Positions 17,556-27,609 are shown, counted from the first letter of the stretch. The stretch is 64,000 bases of DNA from Alphaproteobacteria bacterium (GCA_963667785.2 CAXXMU010000006.1:928001-992000); one strand, 5' to 3'. Notes: a model not told the origin generated them from the letters alone. Made by a program: numbers and translations.

Positions 17556-19756
17556 GCTAAGCGTTCACCTATTGTGTTTCGCAGGATGGTCTCCAGGTCT
17601 TGAATGGTGCCGTTGTTGTCGAGTGTAGAGTCTGCTAAGCTCCGCATGACTTGCACGTTCTGCTCAACCGGGTGGGTGTCAGCACGACGGAAGGCGTCTT
17701 CCGATGCATCTGCCTCCGAAGTGTATCGTCGGGCACGAAGGGCCAAGGTCGCTTCGACGTGAAGGTGGAGGGCCGTGGTTCCCCATCTTTCGCGCAAGAA
17801 GGCTCTATCCTCAGGGTGTCTCAACCCGTCAACCACAACCCGTGAGTAGTGTTCGACGCACGCGGCCAGCTTGTTTTGGAGTTGTCGTTGTCCGAAGCGG
17901 CTGCGATGAGCTTCCTCGCCGAATTCCTGAAGGGCGTCCCTCGTGACCGGGGTTCCACGTGCGCGAAGCTCTCTCGCAATGATTTCGCTGAATCGGCAAT
18001 ATTTAAATCCCATGCATTCCAATAATCTCGCTGCAGTGGTCTTCCCTGCCGCGATCGGTCCGCTAAGGCCAACCGCGATGGTGGATCGGAGATCAGGCGA
18101 GCGACGGTTGACCGTTGGCACGACCAAGTAGTCCTCCTCTGTGCTTCCGAGTGCTTCCCAGTAGCCTGCGAGCATGAACTGACCAACCAGGGCGGATGTC
18201 GTTGCGTCGAGTTCGTCATGAGAAACCCTGAGTTCGGTGCCAAGGTCAGCGTAACCGAAGCGGCGCAAACCTTCGGTGAGGTGTTTCAGGCTTGTCTTTT
18301 TTCTAGGGATCCCCAAGATGTCCTGGGCAGCTCCTGGGTAACTCTCAATGACGGGGATGCCAAGTTTCCTCAATCGAGTCGCTAAGTCGACGCCACGCCT
18401 AGTTAATCTCTGCATACTGGGAAGCAGCGCTGGATAAACATGAACGCCCCTACTGCGAAGTATGCGTTCTGCTTCTCGAACGATTCCAAACTCGCTGCGG
18501 CCAGGATCGTCGTCAAATTCCGAGATTCGTCCCTCTGGAAGTGAGAGTGGGGAGTCGATTGAAACGAGAAAGGGTTCGGTGTCCAAGGTTCTCTTGATTA
18601 AGTCGGCATCTGATGCGACCACATTCATCGTCAGATGTTGGCCCGTCAACGCCGCCCATCCCGACTTGCGTTTCTCGCTGCCGGTCAAATCAAGCCCGAC
18701 GATGGTGATGTCATCCAACATTGGTGCGTTCTCACGCAGCTCTGAATAAGTGAGTCTCGGACCGACGGTACCAGTGTATGGACTGATGGATATGGCATTG
18801 CCGTCGCTGACGGCTTCAGCATGCGGGAAGTAGATGCTCGATCGGGGGAAGAGGCCGCTGTTTGAAGAGAGCATGACGGTGGGATGTACTACCCGGCGGA
18901 TGACCTCCTCGAAGAGAAATTTCATGCCTTCGATATCGGCATGATTGTAGCGTACCAGTTCGCGTAAGGCGTTCAGGTCGCCTTCCTTGTAGTCGAACCA
19001 TAAGGATACAGCTTCGGCTCCTGTGATTCCGCTGAGTGACCCTTCGCGGGTAAGTCCGATCTCTTGCTCGATTTTCTTCTGCCCTCCGGTCAAGCCGACC
19101 CGCTTGGCCAAGTAGCGAAGGTCGACATGACACAGGCCGGACCAATCCGTCTCGAAGTGCTTGGTGAGAAACGGGAGGTCGAACAAGGACCCGTTGAAGG
19201 TCACCACGATGGGATGCTCGTGTAGATCATGTTCGAGCTGAGCGACCTGGCTGGGGTCGACCAGTACCGTGTAAGTGCCGCCGACGGACCAGCCAACTAG
19301 GGTGACTTGATCGTAGTGAGGGCTCAGGCCCGTGCTCTCGATGTCGAGGAACACAGAGCTTTCGGGGAAGGTGGCGGCGATACGGTAGAACTCACGCTTG
19401 GGCAGTTTTCGCGCGAAGAACTTGATGTCACGAGTGGCGAGAGCCTCCTCGGAAGCCTCCACGGCGGACTGCAGCGCACTGGCGCTCTTGCGGTAGAGGT
19501 CGAGCTGGATCGGTGTGTGGCGGATGAGCTCCATCCAATCGGAGACGCCCTGGGCCCATAGCCTAGCCTCCGCCGCCGCGGAGATTCTCGGAAGGTGCAG
19601 AAATGTGCGACGGAGCAACTTTGCTTCGGGCATGGGCAGGCAGCGACCCGTCGTTGGGACCTCGGCACCGAGAACTTGTAGCACAAAGCGTGCCAGAGCA
19701 ATGTGGTGTGGTTCGGCGCCTAGTACTGTGGTAATTAGGTTAACGAATTCAGACAC
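17546..19756 (-). CDS. Fusion of YprB-like RNase H/DEDD exonuclease, DUF429 domain and P-loop nucleotide kinase
   Basis: 'FLDIESTGL','VTFNGSLFDLPFL','YNHADI'; 'VGLDLTG','IDSPLSLP','IESYPGAA','HDELDA'; 'GLSGPIAAGKTT','VVDGLRHPED','DNNGT'. True start may be ATG 19633. Overlaps the PurZ-like start. Confidence 0.8.
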   Translation of the reverse strand: MSEFVNLITTVLGAEPHHIALARFVLQVLGAEVPTTGRCLPMPEAKLLRRTFLHLPRISAAAEARLWAQGVSDWMELIRHTPIQLDLYRKSASALQSAVEASEEALATRDIKFFARKLPKREFYRIAATFPESSVFLDIESTGLSPHYDQVTLVGWSVGGTYTVLVDPSQVAQLEHDLHEHPIVVTFNGSLFDLPFLTKHFETDWSGLCHVDLRYLAKRVGLTGGQKKIEQEIGLTREGSLSGITGAEAVSLWFDYKEGDLNALRELVRYNHADIEGMKFLFEEVIRRVVHPTVMLSSNSGLFPRSSIYFPHAEAVSDGNAISISPYTGTVGPRLTYSELRENAPMLDDITIVGLDLTGSEKRKSGWAALTGQHLTMNVVASDADLIKRTLDTEPFLVSIDSPLSLPEGRISEFDDDPGRSEFGIVREAERILRSRGVHVYPALLPSMQRLTRRGVDLATRLRKLGIPVIESYPGAAQDILGIPRKKTSLKHLTEGLRRFGYADLGTELRVSHDELDATTSALVGQFMLAGYWEALGSTEEDYLVVPTVNRRSPDLRSTIAVGLSGPIAAGKTTAARLLECMGFKYCRFSEIIARELRARGTPVTRDALQEFGEEAHRSRFGQRQLQNKLAACVEHYSRVVVDGLRHPEDRAFLRERWGTTALHLHVEATLALRARRYTSEADASEDAFRRADTHPVEQNVQVMRSLADSTLDNNGTIQDLETILRNTIGERLACR

Positions 19757-20221
19757 TTATCGTTCAAGCCAGTATCGACTTGGAGCAAGGACTGGCATGA
19801 GGCGGCCAAGGGAGCATGGCCGAGGATGAAATAACTGGAGAGTGTGGAAGAGCCGGAACGCGACCAGGAGGGCTAGAAACGTCTTGACGCTAGGACATCT
19901 GTCCTGTCGAACGGTGCATGATCGGACCGGACGTGAGCGGGAGAACTGGGCTAGGCTGTCATGGAGGTCTGAGCTGGGGATAGGGCGGTAGATGTTGCTA
20001 TTTTGTTCTATTTGAGTGAGAATGGTGTTCGATCGGGTGATTGAAGACCAAGCCCTTGGGGATAGTGGAGATGGGTCTAACAGGGCGGAAGTGATCGCGT
20101 TTCCCGCCACGGGTGCCGGCAGCAATGCCGATTCGCGCCGATCGTCTCGAGAAACGGCGGGCGGGGGTTCTCCGAGGAGAAGTAGAACGGTTCGCTCTAG
20201 AGTCGCAGCAGGTGGAAGCGG

Positions 20222-23161
20222 ATGACAGAGCCGATCCTGAATGAGGTGCTGGAGGCTACCGGCTATCTATCTGACGGTGAGCCGGCACACGGTGTGTACC
20301 TGAGTGGGGAAGCCGATGGGCTACCCAGATTCCGCGATTTTTCGCCCGATGCGCTGTGGCGGAGCGAGTCGGCACTGACCGTCTATTTCAAGTACGAAAG
20401 TGAAGATCCTTCCGAGGAACAGATCGCAGCGTGGCAGCGCGAAATATGGAATCACGGGTTCGCGCCGCTTCTGTGGGTGATTTCGCCCGAGAGCATTGGA
20501 GTCTACAACGGCTTCAGCCGGCCTCGAGAAGCTGGAAACGCGACGGTGCATCTGCTGGACACGTTCGGTCGGATCGAGGAGGAGCTCGACAGGCTCGATG
20601 CACTCGCCGGTCGGCTTGCAATGGAGACGGGTGAGTTCTGGCGCCGGGCGCGGTCTGTGCACCGTAGAACGTGCGTCGACCGGCAGCTCCTGTCGGATTT
20701 GGGCTCACTCGAGGGGGACCTCGAGTCGGAGGACCTAGATCGTCCCGGTGCGCAGGGTCTGATTGGACGTTCGATATTTGCCCAGTATCTGATCGACCGG
20801 GGAATCGTTACGCGCGAATTCTTGGAAAGCGAGTACGGTCACGGGACGCTCTCTGACATACTACGGGATCGCCAAGCTACGAAAGAACTATTCGACTGGC
20901 TTCGCGATACCTTCAACGGCGATATGTTTCCTGCGGAGAGTTCGGGCCTACCGGGAACGCGACATTTGCAGCGGGTCGCAGACTTCCTTGACGCTGTGGA
21001 TCCAGAGTCGGGACAGAGAACATTCTTTCCATATCAGTTCGACGTGATACCGGTCGAGTTGATCAGCTCGATCTACGAACAGTTCGCGAATTCCGATTCG
21101 GAGCCCAACGATGATGAGAGTGAGGAGGATGTCCATTATACGCGACTGTCGCTTGTTTCTCTGGTCTTGGACGAGATCGCCGACGGATTGGGTGGACGTG
21201 AAACAGTCCTTGACCTGAGCTGCGGGTCGGGGGTGTTTCTGGTGGAAGCCCTGCGAAGGCTGGTCGTGCACCGCTGCAACGGGAAAAGGCCAAACCGCAG
21301 GGTGATCCGTTCTGTGTTGTACGATCAAATCTATGGCGTCGACATTAGCGAGGCCGCGGTGCGCGTCGCCGCGTTCAGTCTCTACTTGGCCGCGCTGGAA
21401 CTCGACCCGAATCCGAGACCGCCGAAGGAGCTTAGGTTCAGGCCTCTCATCGGTAGAACTCTGTTTATCGCCGATTCTCGAAACGTAGAAGAAACGCCGG
21501 AGGGCAGGCGGGCTTTGACGGAAGGGGGCGAACGAAGGGCATTCGATGTCATCGTTGGGAACCCGCCGTGGAGCTACCGAGGCAAAAAGGCCCGGGCAGC
21601 TGCAAATTCGACAAGCGAATCGAGAGGCATCCGCGCGCCACGGGGCGTGAGCCTGGACTTCGTCTTGAGGGCCTTGGATTTTGCAACTCCTGATACGCGA
21701 TTGGGCATGGTCTTGAGCGGCGTCCAGTTCTTCAGCCGCAGCGGAACGGGAGCGGCCGTGTTGCGGGGCCTTTTGGAGGAGCTTTCTCCGGTAACATTGG
21801 TGAACCTGTCGTACCAGTCGAGCTGGCTGTTTCCGCGGGGTAGCCTGCCAGCAATGGTCCTCTTGGCGAGGCACCGGCCTTCCACACATGACGCAATAAC
21901 AGCTGTGCAGGTGCCATGGTCGCCGGCGGGAGAGCAAAGCCATACATTTGAGATTGCGCGCGAGGACATCGTAACGCTGCCGATCTCCGATTGGATGCGT
22001 AAGCCGGAGTGCCTGAAGACCGCCTTTTTCGGGCTGGGTCGTGATTTGGCGCTGTTGGACAGGCTGACTGATCGCTATCGGTCACTAGGAGAGCAACTAC
22101 AGGCTCTGGATACCGAGTTGCGCGGCGGCCTCAAGTATGGAGACCGCAGCCGCGATGCGCGCTTTCTTCAGGATCTTCCTGTGCTGACCAAGACGGACGT
22201 GCGGCCATTTGTCGTGTCGGACGGCCTGCATCAATTCGATAGCGATTGGGCAGAGCGTCCGCGGAGCCGTGAAACTTATCGGGCGCCGTTGGTCTTGGTC
22301 CGGGAATTTGTTCAGGCAGGGGGTCGTGCAGTGTGCGCGGTGGCTGAGCGGGATGTTGTGTTCACCGATGCCCTCTTGGGTGCGACGATCCCGCGCGAGA
22401 AAGTTGGGATAGCCTATTTGATCGCGTCAATACTAAGTTCCTCGCTCGCATCGTGGTTCTTCTTGATGACCGGTTCGACCTTCGGGCTGTCGATGCGACG
22501 TTTGCTACTCCGGGACATCGAACACCTCCCAATTCCGTCTCTGGACAGGGCGTGTCGGTCGACGGCTGGGCAGCGGCTGATCGAACTTGGTCGACGGCGC
22601 AGAACGGATCGGCTGGCCGGTCGGGACTGGCGAGAGATTGATGAGGCGGTATTTGATCTCTACGAACTGGACGAGGCGGATCGCATCGTCGCTCGTGATG
22701 GGCTGGTCCGGGCGGGATGGCAGTGGAAATCTGGCAGGGTTGCATCGGCAAGGGCGGCCGAAATGGATGCGGACATGCTTATCTATGCCCAAACGTTCCT
22801 GTCAGCGGTCGATGCTTGGCTTGCCGAGGGAAAGCGACGCCGCATGAGGGGCGAATTATTTGATCTTTCCGCGAGCGCGCCGTACCGCGTGGTTCGCTTT
22901 ATCCTGGAAGATGAGATCGGTCCATCGACGACGGGCCTGGTAAGGACGGAAGGCAGACTGCGGGATGTGCTCGACCGGATCGGAGAACGGTTGAATGTGC
23001 GCATCGGAGAGGCCTTGGTGGGTCAACGCGCGTTGCGGGTGTATGGCCCGAACGAGGTTGTAATCATTAAGCCGGCTGCTCGCCGACACTGGATGGGCGT
23101 GTCGGCGCTGGATGATGCCGATGCCGTAGTCAGCGACAGCCTTTCAGGACTTGCGGGGTGA
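20222..23161 (+). CDS. Large N6-adenine DNA methyltransferase (Eco57I/type IIG-like)
   Basis: 'IPVELISSIYEQF', motif I 'DLSCGSGVFL', 'YGVDIS', motif IV 'IVGNPPW', C-terminal TRD-like region. Confidence 0.9.
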   Translation: MTEPILNEVLEATGYLSDGEPAHGVYLSGEADGLPRFRDFSPDALWRSESALTVYFKYESEDPSEEQIAAWQREIWNHGFAPLLWVISPESIGVYNGFSRPREAGNATVHLLDTFGRIEEELDRLDALAGRLAMETGEFWRRARSVHRRTCVDRQLLSDLGSLEGDLESEDLDRPGAQGLIGRSIFAQYLIDRGIVTREFLESEYGHGTLSDILRDRQATKELFDWLRDTFNGDMFPAESSGLPGTRHLQRVADFLDAVDPESGQRTFFPYQFDVIPVELISSIYEQFANSDSEPNDDESEEDVHYTRLSLVSLVLDEIADGLGGRETVLDLSCGSGVFLVEALRRLVVHRCNGKRPNRRVIRSVLYDQIYGVDISEAAVRVAAFSLYLAALELDPNPRPPKELRFRPLIGRTLFIADSRNVEETPEGRRALTEGGERRAFDVIVGNPPWSYRGKKARAAANSTSESRGIRAPRGVSLDFVLRALDFATPDTRLGMVLSGVQFFSRSGTGAAVLRGLLEELSPVTLVNLSYQSSWLFPRGSLPAMVLLARHRPSTHDAITAVQVPWSPAGEQSHTFEIAREDIVTLPISDWMRKPECLKTAFFGLGRDLALLDRLTDRYRSLGEQLQALDTELRGGLKYGDRSRDARFLQDLPVLTKTDVRPFVVSDGLHQFDSDWAERPRSRETYRAPLVLVREFVQAGGRAVCAVAERDVVFTDALLGATIPREKVGIAYLIASILSSSLASWFFLMTGSTFGLSMRRLLLRDIEHLPIPSLDRACRSTAGQRLIELGRRRRTDRLAGRDWREIDEAVFDLYELDEADRIVARDGLVRAGWQWKSGRVASARAAEMDADMLIYAQTFLSAVDAWLAEGKRRRMRGELFDLSASAPYRVVRFILEDEIGPSTTGLVRTEGRLRDVLDRIGERLNVRIGEALVGQRALRVYGPNEVVIIKPAARRHWMGVSALDDADAVVSDSLSGLAG

Positions 23162-23829
23162 GGCTGCCGATCGACGTTCCGGTTGTAGCCGGCCGGCCAT
23201 TTGTCACGCTCGCGCGCGAGATTGTGGCAGGGATTTTACGGATCGTTGAGGACGGTTGGGCTCGGACGCTAGCGTCGTCAGACGTGGGGGCAGACAACGG
23301 GGAAGTGGAGATCACCGAACGGCTGCGGGAAGGGATGCGAGAAGCGGCCAACGCGCGGAAGATCGAGATCAGACTGGTCGTGCTTCCGGGCACCGAGTCA
23401 CGGTCGCGCCCAGGCATCTTGAGGCCGGACGGGAGAACGGACATTCCGCTGTTGGTGATCGAAATCTTCTTGCGTTACGGAGAGCACGATCCGCACGCGG
23501 TGATTGAATGCAAGCGAGTGGCTGGTTCAAGGGCGGATCTGTGTCGTGCATATGTCGTAGAGGGCATCGACAGATTTCGATCTGGAAAATATAGCGGGAA
23601 TCACGCGACCGGATTCATGATTGGCTATCTGGTGGCTGGAGATGCTAACTCAGCAGTGTTGGGCATAAACCGGTACCTAGAGGGCAAGTCGCGAGTCGCA
23701 GATAGTCTGGATCGCTCAAGTCTGGTTGCGGCCTCCTGGGCGTGGCAAAGCGTTCATCTACGTAGCGGAGGATTGTCGATCGAGCTGCATCATGCATTTC
23801 TAGCGTTCGCCGCTTTGGCCCGTGGATAA
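23158..23829 (+). CDS. Putative PD-(D/E)xK nuclease coupled to the MTase
   Basis: GTGA overlap with the MTase; 'E-ITE...GRTDI...VIECKRV' pattern. Confidence 0.65.
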   Translation: MRLPIDVPVVAGRPFVTLAREIVAGILRIVEDGWARTLASSDVGADNGEVEITERLREGMREAANARKIEIRLVVLPGTESRSRPGILRPDGRTDIPLLVIEIFLRYGEHDPHAVIECKRVAGSRADLCRAYVVEGIDRFRSGKYSGNHATGFMIGYLVAGDANSAVLGINRYLEGKSRVADSLDRSSLVAASWAWQSVHLRSGGLSIELHHAFLAFAALARG

Positions 23830-23931
23830 GGGACTAGAGCCCGACAGTATCTCTGGAGAGTTACGAGCTTAGTATGGTGACGAGCGTCGATGGTTGCACG
23901 GTGATTACCCATTACGATCCCACGATCCTCG

Positions 23932-24090
23932 CTACTCTGCTGCTTCGAGATCGTCGTCGATGCTATCGCCGATGCGCGCGGCGGAGGCCTTGACGGTGTC
24001 TCGGGCGAGATGGGTGTAGCGTGCCCTCGTCTGGACTTGCGTGTGGCCCAGCAGCTTCCCGATCATCGACAACCCCTCGCCAAGCGCTAC
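23932..24090 (-). pseudogene. C-terminal remnant of a tyrosine integrase
   Basis: Translates VALGEGLSMIGKLLGHTQVQTRARYTHLARDTVKASAARIGDSI..., paralogous to the C-terminus of the integrase at 24223-25368. Confidence 0.8.
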
Positions 24091-24222
24091 CCCCCGCTCG
24101 CCCAAATCCATGACCGTCCACGAAAACGGGGCAACTCCATCAGGGCTTGGCAGCCCTTGCCGACTTGGGAGTTCAGCGTATGGCGGCGGCGCGTCGTAGA
24201 GGGATTCTCCCCCCTTCCGGCC

Positions 24223-25368
24223 TCACCCTGCGACCTCGGCGATACGGTTGGCGATGCGGTTGGCAGCCGACTTGACGGGATCATTTGCGAGGTGGGCATA
24301 GCGGGCGGTGGTCTGCACCTGGGTATGGCCAAGCAGCTTGCCGATCATGGGCAGGCCTTCGCCGACCAGGAGACCACCGCTGGCAAAGGAGTGGCGCAAA
24401 TCGTGGATACGGAGGTCGGCCAGCCCCGCCCGCGCTCGGATGCGCCGCCAAGGGTGTTGAAGGTCGGTCAGATGACTGTCCTCCTTGCGGCCGGCGATGA
24501 CCCACGGATTGTCACCCCGTCTCTCGATGCCACGCAGCACGGCGATGGCCGGGTCGCCGAGATGAACGACCTTGGCGCCCGTTTTCGTTTCCGGCAGCTT
24601 GAGTTCCCCGACCTCCAGATCGACATGCTCCCAGCGCAGCTTCTGAATCTCCGAAAGCCGGCAGCCGGTCAGCATGAGGAGCCGGATCGCTGCGATCGCC
24701 GCGGGAGTTTCTGAGCGCTCTTGTTCGATCTCCCGAAGGGCGGATCCAAGACGTTGATACTCGTCGTCAGATAGAAAGCGCTCTCGTTTCTCTTCCTTGA
24801 AGCGCTTCACATGGCGACAGGGGTTGGACCCATCGGGGCGGAGCTCCCAGAGCTCGGCCAAGTTGAACATCTTGGACAATACTCCGAGCGTGCGGTTTGC
24901 CTGGTAGGGCGTCTCGCGCAGGTCGTGATGGAGTGCGGCGATATTGCTCCGCTGGACGTCCGGGACACGCAGCTTGCCGATGCGCGGGTTGATGAAGAGT
25001 TCCACCGATCGGCGGTACTCCGCGGCCGTGCTCTGCTTGCAGTGGTTGGGGACATATTCCTTGAGGAAGCGTTCGCCCAACGTCCGCATGGTCGGTGCGT
25101 TGGATCTGCGTCCCTTGGGGTTCTTGCCGGCTCTCGCATCGGTGATGATCTCGGCGGCGCGGACGCGGGCATAGGCTGCGGAGACAGCGTGAGCCGGGCC
25201 GATGGTCATCTTGATGATCCGACCCTGGTAGCGGGTCTTGACGATGAACACCTTTCGACCGGAGGGATGGACGCGCACACCGAATCCCTTGAGGTCGTCG
25301 TCCCATACGACGCGCTCGCGCTCGTGGGGCTTGAGAGCATCGACGGTTCGCTTGGTGATCTTCGGCAT
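24223..25368 (-). CDS. Tyrosine integrase next to the tRNA-Met fragment
   Basis: 'MPKITKRTVDAL..WDDDLKGFGVRV', 'LTGCRLSEI', 'TKTG', 'RIHDLRHSFAS', 'LGHTQVQTTARY'. Confidence 0.93.
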   Translation of the reverse strand: MPKITKRTVDALKPHERERVVWDDDLKGFGVRVHPSGRKVFIVKTRYQGRIIKMTIGPAHAVSAAYARVRAAEIITDARAGKNPKGRRSNAPTMRTLGERFLKEYVPNHCKQSTAAEYRRSVELFINPRIGKLRVPDVQRSNIAALHHDLRETPYQANRTLGVLSKMFNLAELWELRPDGSNPCRHVKRFKEEKRERFLSDDEYQRLGSALREIEQERSETPAAIAAIRLLMLTGCRLSEIQKLRWEHVDLEVGELKLPETKTGAKVVHLGDPAIAVLRGIERRGDNPWVIAGRKEDSHLTDLQHPWRRIRARAGLADLRIHDLRHSFASGGLLVGEGLPMIGKLLGHTQVQTTARYAHLANDPVKSAANRIANRIAEVAG

Positions 25369-25533
25369 TCCGGTCTTCCCTTGGCCCGAAATCGCAGGTA
25401 CTCTATAGGTACCTGGGAAACCCAACTCGGACGCAAGCATAGCTGCGTGCGGACAACGAGGGAAGAGAAATAATATAGGGAAATCAACGTACTGATAAGT
25501 CTGTGCATCAGGTGACAACGAAGTCATGCCAAA

Positions 25534-25578
25534 CTCATAACCTGAAGGTCGAAGGTTCAAGTCCTGCCCCCGCAACCA
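25534..25578 (+). tRNA. 3' half of tRNA-Met(CAT), initiator-like; att fragment, not a complete tRNA
   Basis: CTCATAA anticodon loop, GGTTCAAGTCC T-arm, CCCCGCAACCA end; the upstream sequence does not form D or acceptor arms. Confidence 0.85.
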
Positions 25579-27216
25579 CCGAGACCGACATCTCCGGCAT
25601 GGGGATGTCGGTCTTCGTGTTTTCGCGCCCGTTTCCAGCCCATTCGAGGATCGCACCAAGATCGCCGTGCAGCACGGCGTCCATCTCGGCCCATTTCTCG
25701 CTCGGGGTGAGCACGATGCGCTCGATCAGGCCGCGGATGGCCGCCGCCGCCGCGTCGCGGTCCTCCGGATGGTCCAGCGCTTCGGCAAGCCGCGCCACCT
25801 TGCGCCGGTAGACGTCCGCGATGTTGGGGTGGATGTCCGGGAGGTCGGCGGGCGCCGCTGACAGTCTCTCGTTCAGCTCGTCCTGGCGCGCCTCCAGCTC
25901 GCGCAGCCGGTCCACCATACCCCGGACGTAGCCGCCGTCCTCGATGACGGCGATCATGGCGGCGATCTTCGTCTCGACCTGGGCCAACTCCTTCCGGTCG
26001 CTCGCGCCCGAGGCGCGGCGCTCCCGGTTGATCCGGTTGGTCTCCTCGGCCCAGGCCCGCATCGCCTCGGCGGCGGCCTCCGGCGCCATCAACCGGTCCT
26101 TCGGCCCGGACAGCACGCGCTCTTCGATCACGGAGCGGCGGATGCCGCGGCCGTTCGAGCATGTGCCGGTCATGATGTGGTTGGAGCAGCCGTAGCGGTC
26201 CTGGCCGCGCATGGAATAGGGGCCGCCGCAGACGCCGCATTCGAGCAGGCCCGAGAGCAGGTGGCGCGGCCGGTGGGCGCCGTTCAGCCGGTAGGCCCGC
26301 ACGCTTTGCGTGGCCTCGATGACGGTGGCGTATTGCACCGTGATCTCGCCCTGGCGGTCCTTCACCGCCTTCCAGAGATCGTCGTCGACGATGCGGAGTT
26401 CGGGCACATCCGCGACGATCCACTCCTCCGGCGGGTTGATCCGCGAGACCCGCTTGCCGGTCTCCGGGTTCTTGACGTAGCGCAGCCGGTTCCACACCAG
26501 CCGGCCGATATAGAGCTCGTTGTTGATGAGCCCCGCGCCCCGCTTCGCGTGGCCCCGGATGGTGGTATCCATCCAGAGCTTGCCCGAGGGGCCGGGGACG
26601 CCTTCCCCGTTCAGCCGCCGCGCGATCGCGCGCGGGCTGGCGCCGTCGGCAAACTCCCGGAACACCCGGCGCACGATCTCGGCCTCGGCTTCGTTGACCG
26701 TGCGCCCGCCGCGGACCGGATCGCCCGCGCCGTCGAACGACTTCACCACGTCGTAGCCGTAGCAGAGACCGCCGCCCGACTTGCGGCCTCGACCCGGCCG
26801 CGAAGCCCCCGGTGCGTCTTCGCCGCGAGGTCCTTCAGGAACAGCGCGTTCATCGTGCCCTTGAGCCCGACATGGAGCTCGCTGATCTCGCCCTCGGCCA
26901 GCGTCACCACCGTCACCCCGGCGAAGCGCAGGTGCTTGTAGAGCGTCGCCACGTCCGCCTGGTCGCGGCTCACCCGGTCGAGGGCCTCGGCGAGCAGGAT
27001 CTCGAACATCCCCCGCCGCGCGTCCTCCAGCAGCGCCTGGATGCCGGGACGCAGGATCATGCTGTCGCCCGAGATGGCGGAGTCCTTGTAGGCACCCGCG
27101 ATCTTCCAGCCCTCGCGCCCCGCGCGCTCGCGGCAGACCCGGAACTGGTCCTCGATCGACGCCGCCCGCTGCTGGTCCGAGGAGTAGCGGGCGTAGAGCG
27201 CGCAGCGCAGGGTCAT
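25535..27216 (-). pseudogene. Large serine recombinase, frameshifted near 26785
   Basis: 'ALYARYSSDQQ..SIEDQ', 'EALDRVSRD', Zn ribbon 'LSGLLECGVCGG..YGC..C'. The frame breaks at GRVEA/(G)KSGGGLCYGY by a 1-bp loss, either real or a sequencing error. Confidence 0.88.
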
Positions 27217-27229
27217 GGCTTCCGGTCTC

Positions 27230-27394
27230 CTACTTCTCGCCGGCATCCTTCTCCGGCACGTTGTCGTTGGCGGCGTCGAGCCTCTCCAGCTCCTCGCGCG
27301 CGATGCGCCGGCCGATGAGCCGGGCCAGCGTCAGCACGGCGGTATCGACCCGTGTTTCCGCCTCGCCATTGTCGTTGGCCGCCACGCCGCGCAT
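27230..27394 (-). CDS. Small hypothetical protein upstream of the recombinase
   Basis: 'VLTLARLIGRRIARE' peptide directly before the recombinase start. Confidence 0.55.
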   Translation of the reverse strand: MRGVAANDNGEAETRVDTAVLTLARLIGRRIAREELERLDAANDNVPEKDAGEK

Positions 27395-27609
27395 GACGGC
27401 AATCCCCCGATCCTCGCTCTCCGGCATCCCCTCGCGCCTCCCGCAACACTACGCTCCCGGGAGTCCATTTGGCTGCGCGATTCGGCCATGTCAAACCGGA
27501 CATGTAGGGGATTTCCTGCATGGAATCATACACTTGAGTAGCACAGCGGGCGCTAGTGGGCTCATGCGGCGCCTGGAGCATGATCGAAAAGATTCTCCGG
27601 CCACGCGAC

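Noticed and set aside
25490-25578. Intact tRNA-Met gene
   Set aside because: The 5' half is missing; it is only an att fragment
25369-25659. N-terminal extension of the integrase ORF in the ORF track
   Set aside because: Read-through across the tRNA antisense; the domain begins at MPKITKR (25368)
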